Source: a virus
DNA: 64,000 bases
Reading direction: 5' to 3' (one strand)
Virus record (IMG/VR): IMGVR_UViG_3300025168_000038
Span: 1-64,000 of that record
Below are positions 58,001 to 64,000 of the stretch, piece after piece; position 1 is the stretch's first letter, and each line of letters opens with the position of its first letter. The notes beneath the pieces are model-generated. The model worked only from the letters and a program-made list of their open reading frames with translations, had not been told where the DNA came from and ran no database searches. Both the position numbers and the translations under genes were made by a program.

Positions 58001-60868
58001 TCTAAGCTTTTCAGCTGCAGCTATAACTTTGCTATCACGCATAGAAATATTAGTTAATAACTTTTGCATTTGAGCTTTATAGATTTTATCCATTGTTGCT
58101 AATATAGCATCTTTACTTGTTGATAAATCTTTTGAATATAAGGCTGAATTAGATATATCAGGAACTGTTGTTAAAAGGGCTTGAAAGTCTGCCAAAGTAA
58201 ATGTCATACCTGAATGATCTTGAATAATAACTTTATCAGTTGGATCAAAACCATCTCTCATGTTTACTCTAACAACTTCTTCAGCAAAATCAAACAGTGC
58301 TCTATTTACTAATCCTTGTCTATCAATCTTTCTATTAACTACTGAGGCAGGACCATTTAGTTCAATTAATACTGCATTAATATTATTTATTAAATATCTT
58401 TGTGTAGCATTTAATTGTTCTATTAAACCTTTGTTTTGTTTAAAGCTATACAAACCCTCAAAGGTTGTCATAAATCTATTAAAACCTAATACTTTATTAA
58501 TAAAACCATCTTCTTTGACATTATCTGGATTACTAATATAATCTTTGTATTCTTTCATTTGTCTTAATGAATCCTGCAACAATGTTGTATATGTAGTAGA
58601 TATATCTTTATTATTTTCTGGATCAATCAATGCTAGATCTATAATAGCTAAAGTATTATCTATTTGTTCTTTAGCTTCTGCACTACTTCTTTCCATGTAG
58701 ATATTACTTTTTACTTTGTCTAACATTTCTTGTTTAGTAACAATAGCTAATCTATAATCTTTGATTGCACCAAATACAGAACTTAAAGCTACATTTTCAT
58801 ATGGATCTACAACTTCTATGTCTTCCATTAATGCATCTTCTATTTCTTCTTTTCTTGAATCATATGCAATTCCATCAGTACCACCTTCGTCTAATTTTTG
58901 ATCTAGCATTTCTCCTTCAACATTATAAACTGTCTCAGGAATTAAATAGTCTACATTAATACCATTATCCATTTCATTATGCGGAACTGTACTTGTATAT
59001 TCTAGTTTAGGGAGTGTAGATATATCATCATTTATTTGAATATTTATAGTTGATCTAGCAAATTTATCCATATCCACCTTATATCCCATGTTGGTAGCCA
59101 TTCTAGCTATAAGATTTATCTGAATAGCATCTTGTACTCTAAGAGGTAGCTCAGAAACATTATTATTTTTTAATCTGTTACCAGATGCTAATGGAACTAA
59201 GACATCTTCATATCCAGATGCTTGATCAGAATTAATTATATTAATTTTTATAATTTTTAAATTACCAAACTTATCAACTAATACTATATCTGCTTTTGCA
59301 GCAACATTAGTTTTAGGGTCAGAAAAAATAACATTAGTTAATATAACATCACTATCATTTTTGATTGTTACAATATCAGCTTTAATGTTTTCAAATGCTG
59401 CTTGTGCTAATTCTTTGTCCAATGATAAACCTTCAGATATTTCTTCAAAAGTTTTATATGATGCCACTGCATCAACTATAGTACTAATATCATTTTTAAT
59501 TGCTGTAGAAAACTTATCAGTTTTACCTATAACCTCACCAGCTGATTGATATGCTTCTCTTGTATTTATATCATAAAAAGTATTATTGTCTTTGTTAAGA
59601 ACCACTAGGTTGTTAATAAAGTTATTAGGTGTGTTAGCAGATAATGAATCTGATAAAGCAGCTGTTTCTTTTATATTATGAAACATTTCATTAATAACTG
59701 TTTTTTGTTGGTCTGTCCTAGAAGACTTCAAAGCTTGATTTACTAAACTTTGTTTTTCTGGTGTAAGATTATATCTTACTCTACCATTGATAGATTGACC
59801 TGTTTCAAAAGATATACCTGAAGTATTTAATAACTTAGCTACGTCAGACAAAGTTAGATCAGATCTTATTGCTTGTACTGGTAATTTTCTACCAGTTATA
59901 TATTGATTAAGGTTTTCAATTATATTTTTAAACCACTTAAGCAATTCTTCTATACTATTTAAAAAAGACTGTGTAGGACTTTCTTCATACTCTTTATTAA
60001 AATGTCTTGACAAAGCTTGAGTAACTACTTCCATTTCCCTTTCCTCTGCAGTTATATTTCTTTTCTTATTATATGCATCTTCTATTTGTTGAGTCATCTC
60101 AGGAAACATACGTCTAGATTCATCTAATAAAGTTTCATACAATGGAATGTTATCTACCTTTACTGCCTCTATAAAAGGATGTAGCATTTCTTCAATTAGT
60201 ATTTCATCAGTGACTCTACCTTTAATTAAAATAGCATTATTAGCAACATAAAAAGAATTAACCTGTGAAAAAGGTACTTTAGCTTTTCTCCACTGTGGTA
60301 ATAAATCATACTTCTTTTTTGCTTCTGTAGGTGTAAGTAATTGTACACTTACATCAGGAAACATCCTCATTAAATGTTTTACTACTTGCCTTGCTCTAGG
60401 GGTGTCCCAAGATCTTGATTGAGGAAGCATGTCTTTTGCTGTAAATAAATTACTATTAACTGACACTGCATATGTTTTAGGAGTCTTATCTATATTTAAT
60501 GAGTCTGCTGGTAAATTATTAGCCTCTAAATATCTTTTTGCTCTTCTAACATTTGAATCTATTAATGAATCACTTATCTGTAATGTATCTTGATCAGTAT
60601 TATTTATATAGTAAGAACCTTGATGACTATGAATAATCTTTTCTCTACTTAGATTATTTAATAAGGCTTGTCCAAATTCTTTTTGCTTTAAATTGTTTAA
60701 AGCTCTTTTATCTTTAACATATGAAGCAGCCTCTACTACAGTAGGAATTGCATCACTATCAGTTGATTCTTGCCAACTATTAATAACATTAGTAGTTATA
60801 AGATCTGTTTTATAAACTTCTAATAATGCTATATACTCTGCCGTGTTTTTATTTGGACATTTTGCCAT
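55079..60868 (-). CDS. Giant virion cargo (ejection) protein, crAss-like
   Basis: 1929 aa next to the vRNAP; zincin-like IEEMLHPF; C-terminal HGNY, LFQFHKW and EGRYRS plus a hydrophobic helix. Confidence 0.75.
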   Translation of the reverse strand: MAKCPNKNTAEYIALLEVYKTDLITTNVINSWQESTDSDAIPTVVEAASYVKDKRALNNLKQKEFGQALLNNLSREKIIHSHQGSYYINNTDQDTLQISDSLIDSNVRRAKRYLEANNLPADSLNIDKTPKTYAVSVNSNLFTAKDMLPQSRSWDTPRARQVVKHLMRMFPDVSVQLLTPTEAKKKYDLLPQWRKAKVPFSQVNSFYVANNAILIKGRVTDEILIEEMLHPFIEAVKVDNIPLYETLLDESRRMFPEMTQQIEDAYNKKRNITAEEREMEVVTQALSRHFNKEYEESPTQSFLNSIEELLKWFKNIIENLNQYITGRKLPVQAIRSDLTLSDVAKLLNTSGISFETGQSINGRVRYNLTPEKQSLVNQALKSSRTDQQKTVINEMFHNIKETAALSDSLSANTPNNFINNLVVLNKDNNTFYDINTREAYQSAGEVIGKTDKFSTAIKNDISTIVDAVASYKTFEEISEGLSLDKELAQAAFENIKADIVTIKNDSDVILTNVIFSDPKTNVAAKADIVLVDKFGNLKIIKINIINSDQASGYEDVLVPLASGNRLKNNNVSELPLRVQDAIQINLIARMATNMGYKVDMDKFARSTINIQINDDISTLPKLEYTSTVPHNEMDNGINVDYLIPETVYNVEGEMLDQKLDEGGTDGIAYDSRKEEIEDALMEDIEVVDPYENVALSSVFGAIKDYRLAIVTKQEMLDKVKSNIYMERSSAEAKEQIDNTLAIIDLALIDPENNKDISTTYTTLLQDSLRQMKEYKDYISNPDNVKEDGFINKVLGFNRFMTTFEGLYSFKQNKGLIEQLNATQRYLINNINAVLIELNGPASVVNRKIDRQGLVNRALFDFAEEVVRVNMRDGFDPTDKVIIQDHSGMTFTLADFQALLTTVPDISNSALYSKDLSTSKDAILATMDKIYKAQMQKLLTNISMRDSKVIAAAEKLRLLQPGVSKNRLYDFMLNFDENGQLKPDAYVQPLSLKFRERRRDLFAATQDEAGVPFQYADVTNLEEAKKTAQGRKDIEWNKKLSRLKTNVNQFMRAEIINDQKQPIDGDYHRYTQEFKDVRNVYEEWNSRSFSWEKRSGVSKNDYTKYRAKYYRTTDYVKAFKKAGEPTGQIKRDETYPSVKQDYIEPRLIARPIDPKTGKPEDMRSQKYIDIMDPKVNDALAVARREYYDMFIELYEGEMLSKLPPQTRQKMLGSIPLVKSNIADDLKKNAYGGFFTRMWAKSSRSMKNLFTSTTEQKTVVVNELGERVDSMPIFFTGNPRVEERLTQLENKITQLKEDYKNKKIKLKEYNKQRNILEGLVQKQRSQPTIGEVSTDLTDSLLQFNRMAEHFETMGAVEDTINALIKVLEKRSYIESGGNLVTGMLDKVTPEKWNIKGEAGNEGLQKNVVRRARMWQKMVLYNNAKDSKGFVDRFVEVLVSVSSLAYVAFNPFGNINNFVLGQVNNTIEGIGGRFFSRKAYLRAEKEFNTEGMAGIIKRTAMYGIPEVVDVSTIGATNFAGRSYDPNKPTNKYEGVNEFWRMMDDSQDIRESGRESSGQKTIWERFKAIGYTLQDGFEYAVQTKIGSAVLFDTQLIAKDGTSASMYDAAQWDPVKKEITYDKKWIKYVPNKVTGIEVEIGGPLTQSTKAFADIRNEIREVNKQTHGNYARIDRTVAQNHWLGVVLFQFHKWFPPAMRARFQQQYYDQNLGWMEGRYRSSLQFLRYSLKQVATGKVKMSEVVSEYKNSVRENNQTDSGGEISASDMEALVQNKVGNINRTVGEASMIILSMMMMSLLENAWDDDEGDEPLWVKKIKNFAKYQTQRTYKEMVMFVPISPDGVQELFAMIGSPIASTRTLGELAEAFSVGLGTLAYGSYYGFDSPEFREDSDLVYQNKPRKGDLKFWKNLADAAPILSSIQKWESFEKLDSWYIGN

Positions 60869-60870
60869 AA

Positions 60871-63800
60871 CTATAAATTACATTTTTTAATTTGATCAAT
60901 TAATTCTTGTGGGCTACCCCACATAGAGTTAGGATTCCTATCATACAAATCTAATAAATCTTCTAAACTATTAATATTATTTTCTCTTTTAAAGTTTTTA
61001 ACCTCTGTACTAAATGAACCATCTTCTATATTGCTATCCCAAAACTCTGTTATTTCAGGATGACTAATAAAAGGATCAAACATATCTAACTGACCTATCA
61101 ACTCCTGTCTATTCTCACTAATAGGAAGCTCTTCTACTTCTAATATACCTAGTTCTTCAGAAGTAATATTGTCTGTTGCCTCTGCAATTGATGCCGCAAT
61201 AGCATCTAATTCTGCAGTGTCTACTATATTTACACTATCTATAATTACTGATTCGTCTGTTACATCCAGATTAATAGATTGATTACGGAATATTTGTGGT
61301 ACAGTTTTACTTGTATCTTCTGTTTCTTTAACAACCTCTGGTGTGCTTTTTGATACTTCAGGTTTCTCCATCATTTGTTTTAGAGTAGGTCTATTACCAA
61401 ACATAAATCCTGCACCAAACTGTAAAGGAGAACCTATCAAATCAACTGATGTTTTTTCTTGATCATTTCTTTGATATATAGTTGATTCTATACCGGTCTG
61501 ACGGTCTATAGTATCCATCCTTTTTATTGCAATTGAATCAGTTTCAGAATTAAACTTTCTTGGTAATAACTTAGCATTAGATGCAGATAGCAAATAGTTT
61601 TCTACAAAAGATGTCGTACCTCCAGCATCTGTAAATTCTTTAGATCTTAAATATTTTTCTGTAGAATTAATTTCAGATAAATAGTCTTCTAGAACATACG
61701 GGCTAATTGATTCTAATAAACCACCCGGTGCTAATTGTAAACCATCTTTAACCATAATATAATTTATAACAGTTTTTGCAAATTGTCTTGTATCAGGGTT
61801 ATTGTATAATTTATTAAATGAGGTTTGTAGATCATATTTTTGTAATCTATTTAGCTTTCTCCATGTGTTTGCTTGAGCTAGATACAAACCTGATCTATTA
61901 CCCTTATCAGTTGGTTTGTATGTTGTAACAAAATCAAATAAAAAGAAATTGCCAGGATCACTTATTCTAAGTTGTTCTACTGCATGCCATACATTACCTT
62001 GTTCATTATCTTGTCCTGGATATAGTATACCGTTACTTAAAGGATTATTTTTATCTATATTTTGATATGCACTTAATGTGACAAATGCTAATACATCTTT
62101 TTTAACTTTTGTTCTAACGGCCTCACTATTCTTATATAAGTTTGTATCTAATCTTCCAACTAATTCTGATGTAATTCTTTTTACACCTGGTGTCTGTGAT
62201 AAAAACATCTTTGGTAAAATATTTACATTTATGTCTGATAGTTGTTCAGATAATCCAGATAGATATGAACTACTCAACATATTTCTTACCTTTATAAAAT
62301 AAGGATTTTTTATAAAATCATTTATGCTTTCTACCCTTTGAGAAATACTATCAATGTTTTTTCCTAATCCATTGTTAAGACTTACTAGACTATTTAATTT
62401 AACCGTAAAATTAGATATAGTAATTACTTTTGCAAAAACCTGTAAGGCCCCTTGTAATTCAAGTACTTCTAAATTATCAGCTACTCCTCTTTCTAAAGCA
62501 TCTTTATCAGGAACTATACCCTTTACTATTTTTCCTTTATCATCTCTTTCTATTAGATCATTTATTCTATCTCCAATAGAAGGAGATATACCATCACTAT
62601 TATCAATTTGTCTATATATATCTTGTATAATTTTTTGATTTAAAAGTAGTATAGAAGTTTCTAACGGAACACCAAGTTGAATCATATTTGATAACATACG
62701 TGTAGCATGAGCGTTCAAACCTAACTTACTTACCAAAAACTCTTTAGCATTGTCTGTCATAGCAACTATTAGAGAAGACATTAAATCTTGTTTTCTCATT
62801 CCGTTTTCATTTAAAGTTCCACCAAAAGACTTATACTCTTTACCATCAAGCTCAAACTTTAAAGTACCTAAACCTATTTTATATTCTTTAAATAAAGACA
62901 AATATAAATTTGGTGAAACTACTGAACCAATTGAAGCACCCTTATTGTTTGTAAAAGCAACAGTTTGTCCAGTAAGGGTATCTATATCTTTACCTGCTTG
63001 GTTAGTTCTTTCTGAAAAACCAGGTAATTTTCTAACACTCTCCCAAACATTCTTTAATAAATCTAAGTTAGACGGTCTATAAGCTATTGGATATGTACCT
63101 GATGTTAAATAATCATTACTTACTAATTGACGTTTATAATCTACTAGTTTATTGCTTACAGGTGCTTCATAAGGAGCCTGCTTATTATCTTTTACAAATT
63201 GATTAAACTCACTTTGAGTAATAGGCATACCTAATACTTTTAAAGCACCAACAGCATTCTTACTAAAGCCAGCATTTTCAGCAGGTGTTTGATCTATATC
63301 AACTAATGAATCAGATATTATAACACCTTGTAGTTTATATAATTTTATAGCTTCAGAATATTGGTTTCCTGTTTCATTAACCTTTTTGTTTACATAATTA
63401 ATATAACTAGAATAATTATTTTCATATGCTTTAAACTCACCTTTCTCTACATAAAACTCCTTCATGTGTATGTATGCTTGATCTATATCAAAATCTGCAC
63501 CAGACACTTCTATAAGTTCATTTGAAAACATTGCTGAACCTCCCATGAAGTTGGGTAAAAAATCTACAACCTTTACATTAAAGGCAGAATGATAGTCTTC
63601 ACTAGGTATACGTACAGCATACATCTCACTAACTACATCAGGTATAGTATTTTTATATCTTCTATATTTACTCTTATAAGCCAATAAGTCATTTACTTCT
63701 TTTGATTGAGGAGGCATAATTGCTTCAGAATATCTTTGACCTTGATATTCACCACCTTTATATTCTTTTAAGTTATATCTTAAACGGTCTACTATAATAA

Positions 63801-64000
63801 CACCTTCAGCTGGTAAAGGATCACCAGTGTTTAATTCTTCAAGGCTTCTATTATCTAATGTAAAGTTTCCATTAAGAAATTCATTTTCTCTTATTACTTC
63901 TTGTCTATCAGGAGTAACTTTACCATTAAAGGTTTCTATACTAAATACTCTTCTGTATACATTCTTTCCTAATGATGATACTAATGCAACACTAGTTCCA
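60871..64000 (-). CDS. Virion-encapsidated RNA polymerase, C-terminal part (5' end beyond the window)
   Basis: VRIPSE and SGADFDID catalytic motif; the frame stays open from 63717 to the window edge (GTSVALVSSLGKNVYRR...). Confidence 0.9.
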   Translation of the reverse strand, partial: GTSVALVSSLGKNVYRRVFSIETFNGKVTPDRQEVIRENEFLNGNFTLDNRSLEELNTGDPLPAEGVIIVDRLRYNLKEYKGGEYQGQRYSEAIMPPQSKEVNDLLAYKSKYRRYKNTIPDVVSEMYAVRIPSEDYHSAFNVKVVDFLPNFMGGSAMFSNELIEVSGADFDIDQAYIHMKEFYVEKGEFKAYENNYSSYINYVNKKVNETGNQYSEAIKLYKLQGVIISDSLVDIDQTPAENAGFSKNAVGALKVLGMPITQSEFNQFVKDNKQAPYEAPVSNKLVDYKRQLVSNDYLTSGTYPIAYRPSNLDLLKNVWESVRKLPGFSERTNQAGKDIDTLTGQTVAFTNNKGASIGSVVSPNLYLSLFKEYKIGLGTLKFELDGKEYKSFGGTLNENGMRKQDLMSSLIVAMTDNAKEFLVSKLGLNAHATRMLSNMIQLGVPLETSILLLNQKIIQDIYRQIDNSDGISPSIGDRINDLIERDDKGKIVKGIVPDKDALERGVADNLEVLELQGALQVFAKVITISNFTVKLNSLVSLNNGLGKNIDSISQRVESINDFIKNPYFIKVRNMLSSSYLSGLSEQLSDINVNILPKMFLSQTPGVKRITSELVGRLDTNLYKNSEAVRTKVKKDVLAFVTLSAYQNIDKNNPLSNGILYPGQDNEQGNVWHAVEQLRISDPGNFFLFDFVTTYKPTDKGNRSGLYLAQANTWRKLNRLQKYDLQTSFNKLYNNPDTRQFAKTVINYIMVKDGLQLAPGGLLESISPYVLEDYLSEINSTEKYLRSKEFTDAGGTTSFVENYLLSASNAKLLPRKFNSETDSIAIKRMDTIDRQTGIESTIYQRNDQEKTSVDLIGSPLQFGAGFMFGNRPTLKQMMEKPEVSKSTPEVVKETEDTSKTVPQIFRNQSINLDVTDESVIIDSVNIVDTAELDAIAASIAEATDNITSEELGILEVEELPISENRQELIGQLDMFDPFISHPEITEFWDSNIEDGSFSTEVKNFKRENNINSLEDLLDLYDRNPNSMWGSPQELIDQIKKCNL

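Noticed and set aside
60871-63717. MPPQ as the start of a 948-aa protein
   Set aside because: The frame stays open to the window edge, so this is an internal Met of the larger vRNAP
1-64000. Stop-codon reassignment (TAG or TGA), known in some crAss-like phages
   Set aside because: Large late genes are intact under code 11, and TAG and TGA both act as real stops at tight gene junctions (portal ends in TAG; several ATGA overlaps)
1-64000. tRNA genes, CRISPR arrays, introns/inteins, integrase or DGR
   Set aside because: No cloverleaf with a T-loop, repeat-spacer array, intein motif, split core gene or reverse transcriptase seen by eye; tRNAscan and Infernal were not run

Overview
AT-rich fragment of a crAss-like (Crassvirales-type) bacteriophage, most likely infecting marine Flavobacteriia. 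The standard genetic code gives long, tightly packed ORFs. Block 1 (1-13373, minus strand) is the head module: major capsid protein (runs off the left edge), acidic scaffold-like protein, portal, TerL, GroES, PD-(D/E)xK nuclease, HU-like protein, amidase endolysin and a cluster of tiny Lys/Arg-rich proteins. Block 2 (13604-38462, plus strand) is the early/replication module: secreted LRR protein, HNH, SF2 helicase, UNG, DnaB-like helicase, AAA_24 recombinase plus SSB-like protein, primase, RusA-like resolvase, vWA-metallopeptidase plus MoxR-like ATPase, exonuclease, PolB, a stand-alone SET domain, a DUF932-like protein and a dATP/dGTP diphosphohydrolase-like protein. Block 3 (38548-49968, minus) holds three paralogous tail fibres, a holin and more basic mini-proteins. 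Block 4 (50252-52865, plus) is a class Id-type RNR. Block 5 (52862-64000, minus) holds an envelope cassette, a giant virion cargo protein and the virion RNA polymerase (DFDID motif, runs off the right edge). Most notable: a minimal SET methyltransferase alongside many Lys-rich mini-proteins, an unannotated 27-aa CDGSH peptide, a set of G-U-rich intergenic RNA structures whose loops look antisense to translation starts, a beta-barrel/TM-coil/redox-dead thioredoxin cassette, and an ATP-cone-less Mn-type RNR. All family assignments come from motif recognition, not database searches.
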